Part shown: positions 53,009 to 62,434 of the stretch, in pieces | How the letters are laid out: each line of letters begins with the position of its first letter | Numbering within the stretch: position 1 is the first letter of the stretch | From: Fidelibacterota bacterium | GTDB lineage: Bacteria; Fidelibacterota; Marinisomatia; Marinisomatales; Marinisomataceae | Length of the DNA: 64,000 nt | Assembly: GCA_965212055.1 (NCBI GenBank) | Contig: OZ243041.1 | Location: 416,001 to 480,000, forward strand | Direction: 5' to 3' | The notes under the pieces: generated by a model | Database searches by the model: none | The model's input: only the letters and a program-made list of their open reading frames with translations | What the model was told of the DNA's origin: nothing | Made by a program: the position numbers and the translations under genes

Positions 53009-53353
53009 ATGGTTGAATTTTTAATAGTAATTCATACGTTAATTAGTATAGTGTTGGTTGTTGTAATATTGATGCAGTCTGGTCAAGGAGGTTTAAATTC
53101 TATGATGGGTGGTGTTGCTAATTCCATGTTAGGATCTTCTGGTGCCAATAATTTTATTACAAAATTGACAACATGGCTTGGTATAATTTTTATAGCATTG
53201 GCCTTGTTAATAGGGATGTTGAGTGGTAAAACTGCTGGAAATCATCAATACTTGGACAGGATGCCGATTCAAGAGAAACAGAAATGCCAGCTACCAATGA
53301 ATATATATTACCTTCTAATGAGATTTTACCAGAAGAAAGTAAAGAATAATTAG
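53009..53353 (+). CDS. secG: Preprotein translocase SecG; tail probably frameshifted, corrected stop would be 53349
   Basis: Two TM helices, ILMQ..QGGL..GG, ITKLT; tpiA-secG-tRNA-Leu synteny. Confidence 0.9.
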   Translation: MVEFLIVIHTLISIVLVVVILMQSGQGGLNSMMGGVANSMLGSSGANNFITKLTTWLGIIFIALALLIGMLSGKTAGNHQYLDRMPIQEKQKCQLPMNIYYLLMRFYQKKVKNN

Positions 53354-53436
53354 CCGAAGTGGTGGAATTGGTAGACACGCTAGCTTGAGGGGCTAGTGGA
53401 GGAAACTCTGTGTGGGTTCAAGTCCCGCCTTCGGCA
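53353..53436 (+). tRNA. tRNA-Leu(GAG)
   Basis: GCCGAAG/CTTCGGC stem, CTAGC-TTGAGGG-GCTAG, long variable arm. Confidence 0.95.
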
Positions 53437-53514
53437 CAAAAAATAATTTAATATTATTTTGAAAAGATTTTTAGATTATGGGTTAATAATAAAGAGATAT
53501 TTAAAGGTGATATA

Positions 53515-54723
53515 ATGAAAAAAATTGTTCTTACTCTATTATTTTTTACAACTGTTTTTGCTCAAACATCTGCAATGCAACTTTTTGATGAATCAAGACA
53601 AGCTTTATCAAATGGTAATTTAGAACTTGCTGGTGAAAAAATAAGAGCAGCTATTGATGCTGATAAAGGCAATGACCAATTAAGAAAAGAATTTGATCGT
53701 CTAAATGGGCTAAGAAATAAAGCAAATAATTCCAATAGAGCGGTACAAGATGGTAGATTTGATGATGCTATTATAGGGTTTAAAGAAGTATTAGATAGTA
53801 TCCCAAAATATATTCCCGCACTTTTTGGGTTGGCAAAAGCTCATGAAGGCAAAAAAGACTATACTTCTGCAATAACATATTACAAACAATCTTTATCTCT
53901 TGATTCCAGCCATGAAGATTCAAAAAAATCTATACAAAATATTGCCAAAAAACTTTACAATAATGCTAACAAAGACTATCAGAATGGGGACTTAGAAGGT
54001 GCTATGTCAAAATACAAGCAAGTATTAAGCATTAATAGTAGGATTTATCAGGCTCATCATCAGTTAGGTGTTTTGTATAAAAAGATGGGTAATATTACTC
54101 AAGCAATTCAAAGTTATCGGTCAGCTCTGAACATAAAAAAAACCTATGATAAAGGCTGGTATGCCTTGGGAATTGCATACAAAGACAATGGTGATGTAGA
54201 AAATGCTAAGAAAGCTTTTCAAGAAACAGTTAGGCTTAATAAAAAACACTATAAAGCGCATAAAAGTTTAGGAGAAATATTTATTGATTTAGAACAATAT
54301 AACGATGCAGTTGCAAGTCTTAAAGCAGCTATTGCTATTAAATCTAATTACAGTGCAGCATATCATGCACTTGGTATTACATATGGAAAAGAAAAATTAG
54401 AAGACTACAACAGATCTGCTGAAGCTTTAGAAAAAGCAGTAGAATTATCACCAAGAGAAATGTTGTCTTGGTTTCATTTATCCGAAGCCTATAATGAGCT
54501 TGGGGAATGTGAAAAAGCAAAAGAAGCTGCATTAGAAGCGATTGATTTGAAAAAGAATTTTGGTGGAAGTTGGTTTCAGCTTGGTATAGCTGAATATTGT
54601 AATGCCACTGGGAATAAAAGTAATGCCATTAACCATTTTGAAAGAGCTAGAAATGATAGACAATGGAGAAAAATGGCAGAATATGAAATTGATAGGGTTA
54701 GAAATCCTGAGAAATATGAATGA
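53515..54723 (+). CDS. Exported multi-TPR protein
   Basis: Signal peptide (VFA-Q) followed by successive 34-aa TPR-like units (AHHQLG, GWYALG, AHKSLG, AYHALG). Confidence 0.85.
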   Translation: MKKIVLTLLFFTTVFAQTSAMQLFDESRQALSNGNLELAGEKIRAAIDADKGNDQLRKEFDRLNGLRNKANNSNRAVQDGRFDDAIIGFKEVLDSIPKYIPALFGLAKAHEGKKDYTSAITYYKQSLSLDSSHEDSKKSIQNIAKKLYNNANKDYQNGDLEGAMSKYKQVLSINSRIYQAHHQLGVLYKKMGNITQAIQSYRSALNIKKTYDKGWYALGIAYKDNGDVENAKKAFQETVRLNKKHYKAHKSLGEIFIDLEQYNDAVASLKAAIAIKSNYSAAYHALGITYGKEKLEDYNRSAEALEKAVELSPREMLSWFHLSEAYNELGECEKAKEAALEAIDLKKNFGGSWFQLGIAEYCNATGNKSNAINHFERARNDRQWRKMAEYEIDRVRNPEKYE

Positions 54724-55406
54724 TTAAAGCTGTTATTTTTGATTTAGATAACACATTACTTGATTTTGTAACAATGAAGCGAGAAGCCGTTAAAAATGCT
54801 CTCTCCTCTATGATAGAAGCTGGCCTTGATATTGATTCCAAAACATCTTATAAAAGAATTATGCAACTCTATGAAGAAAATGGATGGGAAAGAAATCAGT
54901 ATGTTTTTAATAAATTTTTAAGAGAAGTAGATGGACGTCTTAATTATAAGTATTTAGCTGCAGGAATTGTTGCATACAGGAGAGCAAAGGACGAACATCT
55001 TAAATTATATCCAAATGTAGAAAAAACCCTTAATGAGATAAAGAATAAAGGAATTAAGCTTGCAATAGTTTCAGATGCACCAAATCGGGAAGCGTGGATG
55101 AGGATATGTTACTTAAAATTACATAACATCTTTGATGTCGTTGTTGCTTTCGATGATTCCAAAGAAAGAAAACCTTCTTCTGCCCCATTTAAGCTTGCTT
55201 TGGGGAAGTTGGGACTTTCTAATGATGAAGTTTTAATGGTTGGAGATTGGCCTGAGAGAGATGTTGTCGGTGCAAAGAATTTAGGAATTAAAACTATTTT
55301 TGCTAAATATGGTGATCATTTTGGAGTAAAAGAATCAGGGGCAAATTGGGATATTGAGAATATTTCTGAAATAGTGGATATAATTGATGGTATTAATAAT
55401 GAATAA
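54720..55406 (+). CDS. HAD IA hydrolase
   Basis: FDLDNTL, IVSD, RKPS, MVGDWPERDVVGAK. Confidence 0.88.
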   Translation: MIKAVIFDLDNTLLDFVTMKREAVKNALSSMIEAGLDIDSKTSYKRIMQLYEENGWERNQYVFNKFLREVDGRLNYKYLAAGIVAYRRAKDEHLKLYPNVEKTLNEIKNKGIKLAIVSDAPNREAWMRICYLKLHNIFDVVVAFDDSKERKPSSAPFKLALGKLGLSNDEVLMVGDWPERDVVGAKNLGIKTIFAKYGDHFGVKESGANWDIENISEIVDIIDGINNE

Positions 55407-55407
55407 T

Positions 55408-55764
55408 ATGAATCTTGGTGTTGATATAGTCTTAGTTAATAGGATTAACAAGATTTTAAATTCTAAAAAGAAATCAAGGTTTTTAAATAAAATTTTTTCT
55501 CGTAGTGAAATATCTGATTCTAAAAATAGACAAAACCAATCAGAATATTTTTCAGGAAGGTTTGCAGCTAAAGAAGCAATAAAGAAAGCATTATCTTCTT
55601 ATGATGAGACTGGTATGCCTTCTTTTAAATCATTAGAGATTCTCAATAGTAAAAGCGGTAAACCATACGTACTTATTAATTCCAAAAAACAATCAAATAT
55701 CAATATATCAATAGCGCATGATGGGAACTATGCAATTGCATTCTGCGTAGCAAACTTAGATTAA
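55408..55764 (+). CDS. acpS: Holo-ACP synthase (start could be 55399)
   Basis: GVDIV..RI, GRFAAKEA, SGKP, ISIAHD. Confidence 0.92.
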   Translation: MNLGVDIVLVNRINKILNSKKKSRFLNKIFSRSEISDSKNRQNQSEYFSGRFAAKEAIKKALSSYDETGMPSFKSLEILNSKSGKPYVLINSKKQSNINISIAHDGNYAIAFCVANLD

Positions 55765-57023
55765 TGGATTATTTTGAAATAGAAGGAAAAAATCAGCTAT
55801 CTGGAGATGTTCAAATTAGTGGTGCAAAAAATGCTGTTTTACCACTTATGGTTGCATCAATTCTTAATAATGATCAGTTAACCATTTCAAATGTTCCTAA
55901 TCTCTCTGATTCTATAACAATGGCAAATTTATTAAGAGGGATGGGTTCAGAAGTCGAGTTATCCGATGGAAAAATTTATATTAATTCACAATCAATAAAC
56001 GATCCATACGCTCCTTACGATCTTGTCAGAAAAATGAGGGCATCTTTTTATGTTTTAGGACCATTATTATCCAAATTTGGTGAAGCAAAAGTTTCTCTTC
56101 CTGGAGGTTGTGCTTGGGGACCAAGGCCTGTTGATTTCCATATTAAAGGAATAGAAAAATTAGGAGCTACCATTGATTTAGAAGATGGGTATATCATTGC
56201 TAAGTCAAATAAATTAAAAGGAAATAAGATAGTTTTCCCAAAAATCTCTGTTGGTGCTACTGGTAATGTACTCATGGCTTCAGTCTTGGCAGATGGGGAC
56301 ACTGAAATCCACAATGCTGCAGCAGAACCTGAAATTCAACAATTATGTCATTTTTTAAATAGTATAGGAGCAAAAATTTCAGGTATTGGTACAAATACCT
56401 TACAAATTCAAGGAGTTGATTCGCTTGATAGCGTTGACAATATCGCTGTTATTCCTGATAGAATTGAAGCCGGCACTTTTCTTATGGCTGTAGCCGCTAC
56501 TGGAGGAAAGGTTAAATTAAATAAAGTAAATCCAAATCATTTAGAAACAGTGATTTCATATTTGAGGCATGCTAATGTTAATTTGGATGTTGGAGATGAT
56601 AATATAACTGTTTTATCTAATGGGGATATTAACTCATACAATATAGAAACCAACGAATATCCAGGCTTTCCTACAGATTTGCAGGCACAATGGATGCTTT
56701 TGATGAGCGTTGCTTCTGGTGATTCAACAATAAAAGAGAATATCTATTTTGATCGTTTTAATCATGTTCCAGAGTTGAATAGGCTTGGCTGCAATATAGA
56801 TGTTGATTTAAAAACAGCAACCGCATCCATAAAAGGAAAAAGAAAATTAATTTCTGCTAATCTTACATCAACCGATTTAAGAGCCAGTGCTTGTCTTATT
56901 ATTGCTGCATTATGTGCAGAAGGCACTAGTGTTGTAAGTAGGGTATACCATATTGATAGAGGATATGATAAAATTGAGGAGAAATTGTCAAAAATCGGTG
57001 CAAGGATAGTTAGAAAAAAATAA
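55764..57023 (+). CDS. murA: UDP-N-acetylglucosamine 1-carboxyvinyltransferase
   Basis: SGAKNA, KMRAS, LPGGCAWGPRP (active-site Cys present), YPGFPTDLQ, DLRA, HIDRGY. Confidence 0.97.
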   Translation: MDYFEIEGKNQLSGDVQISGAKNAVLPLMVASILNNDQLTISNVPNLSDSITMANLLRGMGSEVELSDGKIYINSQSINDPYAPYDLVRKMRASFYVLGPLLSKFGEAKVSLPGGCAWGPRPVDFHIKGIEKLGATIDLEDGYIIAKSNKLKGNKIVFPKISVGATGNVLMASVLADGDTEIHNAAAEPEIQQLCHFLNSIGAKISGIGTNTLQIQGVDSLDSVDNIAVIPDRIEAGTFLMAVAATGGKVKLNKVNPNHLETVISYLRHANVNLDVGDDNITVLSNGDINSYNIETNEYPGFPTDLQAQWMLLMSVASGDSTIKENIYFDRFNHVPELNRLGCNIDVDLKTATASIKGKRKLISANLTSTDLRASACLIIAALCAEGTSVVSRVYHIDRGYDKIEEKLSKIGARIVRKK

Positions 57024-57073
57024 TCGAAATATTGTTGTTTTTTTTGTAATTATTAATAGATTGTCTTTCAGTC

Positions 57074-58426
57074 ATGAGAGTTGTGATTATAGGAGCAGGT
57101 GAAGTTGGTTTTCATGTTGCGAAATCTCTTAGCGAACTTGATTATGATATCGCAGTAATAGATACTGATCCTGTGAAGTGTCAACGTGCAAACGAGCATC
57201 TAGACGTCATTGTTATCGAGGGGAACGGTTCTGACGCCCAAGTTTTAAAAAATGCAAATGTTGACGACGCAGATTATGTTTTCTGTGTGACTAGCTCTGA
57301 TGAAACCAATCTAATTGCTTCAATGCAATCACATAATTTAGGGGCGAAAAAAATCGTAGCACGTCTTAGGAATACCGATTATAGTAATAATGGTGATAGT
57401 ATCCATCCAGAAAAGTTTGGTGTGGATGTTATTATTCATCCAGAACATGAAGTTGCTAATGAGATTGTAAGACTTGTTAAGCACCCTTATGCAGACAAAT
57501 TTTATGAATTTGAAAATGGAAAAGCTGTGTTATTTTCAAAAAAAATAAATCATCGATCTAAACTTGTTAATGATACAGTAGAAGACTTTCACAGAAAGAA
57601 TAATGATGATTTTAAGTCTTTAATTGTGGCTGTAGTTAGAGATGAAAAAATGACAATTCCACCAGCTTCATTTAAGTTTGAACCAGACGACAATATCTTC
57701 TTTTTTGTTAAATCAAAAAATCTTAATCCATTATTATCATCTATTGGAGTTTCTATATCTAGTTCCAAAAGAGTTATGATTGCTGGAGCAAGTAAGATAG
57801 GAAGAAGAGTTGCTGAAGAATTACAAGAAACGATGTCTGTTAGATTGGTTGATAATTCTAAAGAGAAAGCAAAAAATGTTGCCAATGAATTAGGCGACTC
57901 TATTGTTATGAATGCCGACGCAACTGATGTTGAATTTTTGAAGAATGAAAATATTGGTGATGTTGATTCTTTTATCTCCGTTACAGAAGATCAGCAATTA
58001 AATTTATTAGCGGGAATTCTTGCAAAACAATTAAGGGTAAAACAATCTATTATTCATGTTGCAAACCCTGATTATGTCAAAAGTATGTCTGATCTTGGTA
58101 TAGGATCTATTGTTAGTAAAAATACATCTAGTGTTAACTCGATTGTCAAAGCAATCCGAATTGACCAGAAAGATAATGTAATCCAGATTTTTAGCAGATT
58201 AGGAATGGAAGCTATTGAATTAGAAGTAGAACGAAATTCTAAAGGTGCTAGAGTGCCTATTGCTAATTTAAATTTACCGCATGGAAGTTTAATTGCTCTA
58301 GTTAATCATAATGGGCATATTGCCATTCCTAGCGGAGATTATCAAATATTACCGAATGATGCGGTTCTTATTTTCTGCATTAATTCGAAAGTAAAAGAAG
58401 TTACCAATATCTTTAAATCAGAATAA
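57074..58426 (+). CDS. trkA: Trk K+ uptake NAD-binding subunit (tandem RCK domains)
   Basis: IIGAGEVG, DETNL, second RCK MIAGASKIG; 450 aa. Confidence 0.93.
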   Translation: MRVVIIGAGEVGFHVAKSLSELDYDIAVIDTDPVKCQRANEHLDVIVIEGNGSDAQVLKNANVDDADYVFCVTSSDETNLIASMQSHNLGAKKIVARLRNTDYSNNGDSIHPEKFGVDVIIHPEHEVANEIVRLVKHPYADKFYEFENGKAVLFSKKINHRSKLVNDTVEDFHRKNNDDFKSLIVAVVRDEKMTIPPASFKFEPDDNIFFFVKSKNLNPLLSSIGVSISSSKRVMIAGASKIGRRVAEELQETMSVRLVDNSKEKAKNVANELGDSIVMNADATDVEFLKNENIGDVDSFISVTEDQQLNLLAGILAKQLRVKQSIIHVANPDYVKSMSDLGIGSIVSKNTSSVNSIVKAIRIDQKDNVIQIFSRLGMEAIELEVERNSKGARVPIANLNLPHGSLIALVNHNGHIAIPSGDYQILPNDAVLIFCINSKVKEVTNIFKSE

Positions 58427-59877
58427 TGAGTCTACGACCTACATTTAGATTTCTTGCAATGTTGGTAATGTTTTTATCGCTTTGTTTATTTATTCCAGGA
58501 TTGATTGATTATCTTAGTGGAGAACACCAAAATTTCTATTTATTTAAGATAGCAGGATTCTCTTTTATTGCCGCTATTCCTGTATGGTTGTTATCAAGAA
58601 AAGCTCGTTCTTTCTCTAATCGAGATGTTTTTTTAGTTACTGTTCTTGGTTGGGTACTAACCGCAATATTTGGGTCTTTTCCGTTTTATTTTTCAGGTCA
58701 TTTTCCAAGTTATCCTGATGCATTGTTTGAAGCAGTGTCTGGTGTGACAACAACTGGCGCAACAATTTTAACTGATATTGAAAGTCTTCCAAAAAGTATT
58801 CTTTTATGGAGGGCTTTTTTACAATGGATTGGTGGATTAGGTATTGTTGTCTTTACTATTGCTTTATTACCATTGTTAGGGGTATCAGGCGAGAAATTAT
58901 TCAATCTTGAATTTCCTGGTCCTTCCTCTGAGAAAATGACTCCTAGAATACAAGAAACTGCCAAAATATTGTTAGGTTTCTATGTCGGATTTACATTTAT
59001 TGAATTTTTGCTATTATCTTATTCGTCAATGGGCCCTTTTAACGCAATTTCTCATGCATTTACAACGATGCCAACAGGTGGTTTTTCTACATTTAATGAT
59101 AGTATTAACACCCAATCCGATTATGTAAAAAGTATCATACTCTTGTTCATGATTATTGGAGGAACAAATTTTGTTCTGCATTTTAGAGCACTAAGAGGGG
59201 GATTACGTTCCTATATAAATGATAGAGAATTTTTATATTATGTTGGATTGATTGCTCTTGTTTCATCAGTTATTTTACTGATACCATATATTACTTCTAA
59301 TGGTTCCGGTACTTCTAATGGTTCCGGTGTTCTGGATACAATCTTTCAGGTCGTAGCAATTTTGACAAGTACAGGATATACTGCCACTGATTATGAACTT
59401 TGGAGTCCATATATTAAACAATTTATGCTGTTTGGATTAATGTTTGTTGGTGCGATGGGTGGATCAACAAGTGGCGGAATGAAATTGATAAGAGTAGTTG
59501 CAATTTTTAAATATGCAAGAACGGAACTAAAACGTGCTCTTCATCCTAAAGCAATTATTCCGATACGTATTGGCTCAAAGGTGATTGAAGATGAAGTAAT
59601 TCGAAAAACGTTAGGATTTTTCCTATTCTATATCATGTTTTTCTTCTTTGCATCTTTTGCTTTTTCTGCAATGGGAATTAAGATGGAATCTTCTTTTGGT
59701 GCTGCTGCTTCAGCAATGGGGAATATCGGACCATCACTAGGGGATTTTGGACCAACAGATACGTATGTAGGCCTTCCACTAGCCGGTAAGTTTATTATGA
59801 TGTTCTGTATGTTATTAGGAAGGCTAGAAATCTTTGCAGTATTGGTATTATTTACTAAGACATACTGGAGAACTTAA
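58426..59877 (+). CDS. trkH: Trk K+ uptake membrane subunit
   Basis: SGVTTTGAT, QWIGGLG, TGGFS, TSTGY, GSTSGGMK, GNIGP, LGRLE. Confidence 0.95.
   Translation: MSLRPTFRFLAMLVMFLSLCLFIPGLIDYLSGEHQNFYLFKIAGFSFIAAIPVWLLSRKARSFSNRDVFLVTVLGWVLTAIFGSFPFYFSGHFPSYPDALFEAVSGVTTTGATILTDIESLPKSILLWRAFLQWIGGLGIVVFTIALLPLLGVSGEKLFNLEFPGPSSEKMTPRIQETAKILLGFYVGFTFIEFLLLSYSSMGPFNAISHAFTTMPTGGFSTFNDSINTQSDYVKSIILLFMIIGGTNFVLHFRALRGGLRSYINDREFLYYVGLIALVSSVILLIPYITSNGSGTSNGSGVLDTIFQVVAILTSTGYTATDYELWSPYIKQFMLFGLMFVGAMGGSTSGGMKLIRVVAIFKYARTELKRALHPKAIIPIRIGSKVIEDEVIRKTLGFFLFYIMFFFFASFAFSAMGIKMESSFGAAASAMGNIGPSLGDFGPTDTYVGLPLAGKFIMMFCMLLGRLEIFAVLVLFTKTYWRT
59293..59328 (+). repeat. Perfect 18-bp tandem duplication within trkH
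   Basis: ACTTCTAATGGTTCCGGT x2, encoding TSNGSG twice. Confidence 0.95.
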
Positions 59878-59906
59878 AAATAAACCTTACTTCCAACATT
59901 AATGGA

Positions 59907-61480
59907 TTGCCAGCATCGCCTGGCGTTTATCAATTCAAAGATAAATCTGACAACATTATTTATATTGGAAAAGCAAAGAATCTAAAAAAAAGAGTTAAAT
60001 CATATTTCCAAAAAAAATCGTATCGTACTCCCAAAGAACAGTCTCTAATTAAAAGAATAAATACCCTGGAGTGGATTGTATGTCAGGATGAGGCAGATGC
60101 TTTTATCACGGAAGCAAATCTGATTAAAAAACATAAACCAAAATACAATGTTCAACTCAAGGATGATAAATCATTTCCATACCTAAAGATTACCAATGAA
60201 GCCCTTCCTAAAATTGATGTTACAAGAACAATTCTTAATGATCAATCAACCTATTTTGGGCCGTATACAGATGTGAAATCAATGCGACGATTAGTGGATG
60301 TATTGCATCGAGCATTTCCAATACGAAATTGTTATGTAGAGCTTCAAGATAAGTCAGTTGTTAAAAAGGGGTTGGGGTTAATTAAAATTTCTCAAGAAGA
60401 ATATCATGAGATGATTGAACATATGATTTTGTTCTTAAAAGGAGGAACCAAATCTGTAGAGAAGAAATTGGCTAAAAAAATGGACTTGTTTTCATCAAAG
60501 TTAATGTATGAAGAATCTGCTAGAGTACGGGATCAATTAAGAGCAATCAAAAGCTTTAAAACACGCCAACGCAAATTGGAAGCTGACTTTTCTAATCGGG
60601 ATATATTTGGGGTGAAATCAAAGGATGACTACCATGTTGTGGTTATTCTACGTATACAGGAAGGAAGGATTATAAGCAGAGAAAAAGTATCTTCTAAAAC
60701 CAATCTTCCAGTGAGCGAATTATTACGATCTGTGATTGTAAATTTTTACATGAATTCTGCCTATATCCCGTCCAAAATCTATTTTCCAGAACTTCCCGAT
60801 GAGACAGAAGATTTACAGGAATGGTTATCAACACTGAATGGAAAGAAAGTACAATTTCTAGTTCCCCAACGATCACAAAAATTACAAGAGGTAAAGCTAG
60901 CCAATAAGAATGCACAATTGTTGCTAAATGAATGGCTATTAAACCTAAAGAAACGAAAAGATTATGTCCCAAAAATTCTCCAAGAATTACAAGATATATT
61001 TGGATTGGATGTCAGTCCTAGATTAATTGAGGCGTTTGATATCTCGCATTTAGGAGGGACAGATACGGTCGCATCAATGGTAGTATTTAAAGATGGGAAA
61101 CCTTATAAAAGTGGGTATCGGAAATATAATATTAATGTTGACAAAATTGATGATTTTGAATCCATGAAAGAAGTCGTATTTCGTCGATATAAAAGACAGC
61201 TTGCTGAAAAAATCCTTTACCTGATTTAATTTTAATTGATGGAGGGAAAGGGCAGCTTTCATCCGCTAAATTATCATTGGATAAATTGGAATTAAATCTT
61301 CCTGTTGTAGCATTGGCAAAGAAATTAGAAGAAGTGTTTATCCCAAATAAAAAAGAACCGTTAATGATAGCAAAAAATTCTCCGGCGCTAAATCTATTAA
61401 AACAAATAAGAGATGAAGCCCATCGGTTTGCTATTACATTTCAGAGAAGTAAAAGAACAAAAAGAATGTTAACTAAATAA
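59907..61480 (+). CDS. uvrC: Excinuclease ABC subunit C, one -1 frameshift near 61207-61212, no C-terminal HhH domain
   Basis: GIY-YIG PGVY..IYIGKAKNL..RV, PKYN..LKDDK.FPY, EAFDISH; adding one A restores LPDLILIDGGKGQ and joins to IRDEAHRFAI. Confidence 0.9.
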
Positions 61481-62423
61481 GATCGTTTTCTTCCATCCAC
61501 TCGTCTGAAACAAATTTTCTCATATAGTTTCTGATACCATCAGGAAGGATTACTAGGCAATTTTGCCCTTTTTTAAGCGATTTTGCTGCCTCTAAAGCCG
61601 CAAAAGCTGCTGTACCACATGAACCCCCGATTAAGAGTCCTTCATCTTGTATAAGGCTTCTAGCGATTTTGAAGGTGTCTTTATCGTTTACTTTGACATA
61701 TTCATCGACGATAGAATTGTCTAAAATCTTTGGAAAAAAGTCATATCCAATTCCTTCAACATGATAGGGGTGGACTTCATCTCCACCACCGAGGATTGAA
61801 CCATAGGGATCTGCCCCAATAATCTTAATACTAGGAATCTCTTTTTTGAGACGTTTGCCTACTCCAGTAATAGTTCCTCCTGTGCCAACACCCATAACCA
61901 CCATGTGTAAATCAGTTCCAAAATCGTCTAATATTTCTTGGGCAGTGTGCTTATAGTGCGCTTCAGGATTACACTCATTTTCCCATTGGTCTAGTATGTG
62001 GCTATTTGGAATTTCTCCATTTAATTTTTTTGCGATAGAAAAATTGCTATCTGGATCATCATATGCAGCTTCAGTTCGTGTTCTGATAATTTTTGCACCC
62101 AATGCTCTTAAGGTTAGTTCTTTTTCCATACTCATTTTTTCTGGCATAACAATAATCATCTTATATTTTTTAACCGATGCTGCTAATGCAAGCCCAATTC
62201 CTGTATTTCCAGAAGTTGCTTCAATAAGGGTATCTCCAGGTTTAATTCTACCTTCTTTTTCGGCACGTTCTACCATTTCTAGAGCAATACGATCTTTGAC
62301 TGATCCTCCAGGATTAAATAATTCTAGTTTTGCAAAGAGATTGCATTCAAGGTGAGATCCAATCGAATTAAGTTTGACGATGGGAGTAGAACCTATGGTT
62401 TTTAAGATGTTGTCGTAAATCAC
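61473..62423 (-). CDS. cbs: Cystathionine beta-synthase catalytic core (PLP fold II), GTG start
   Basis: NPGGSVKDRIA, TSGNTG, MPEKMSMEK, GTGGT, VEGIGYDF, PDGIRNYM.KF.SD.WM. Confidence 0.8.
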   Translation of the reverse strand: MIYDNILKTIGSTPIVKLNSIGSHLECNLFAKLELFNPGGSVKDRIALEMVERAEKEGRIKPGDTLIEATSGNTGIGLALAASVKKYKMIIVMPEKMSMEKELTLRALGAKIIRTRTEAAYDDPDSNFSIAKKLNGEIPNSHILDQWENECNPEAHYKHTAQEILDDFGTDLHMVVMGVGTGGTITGVGKRLKKEIPSIKIIGADPYGSILGGGDEVHPYHVEGIGYDFFPKILDNSIVDEYVKVNDKDTFKIARSLIQDEGLLIGGSCGTAAFAALEAAKSLKKGQNCLVILPDGIRNYMRKFVSDEWMEENDLI

Positions 62424-62434
62424 ATAGCAATATT

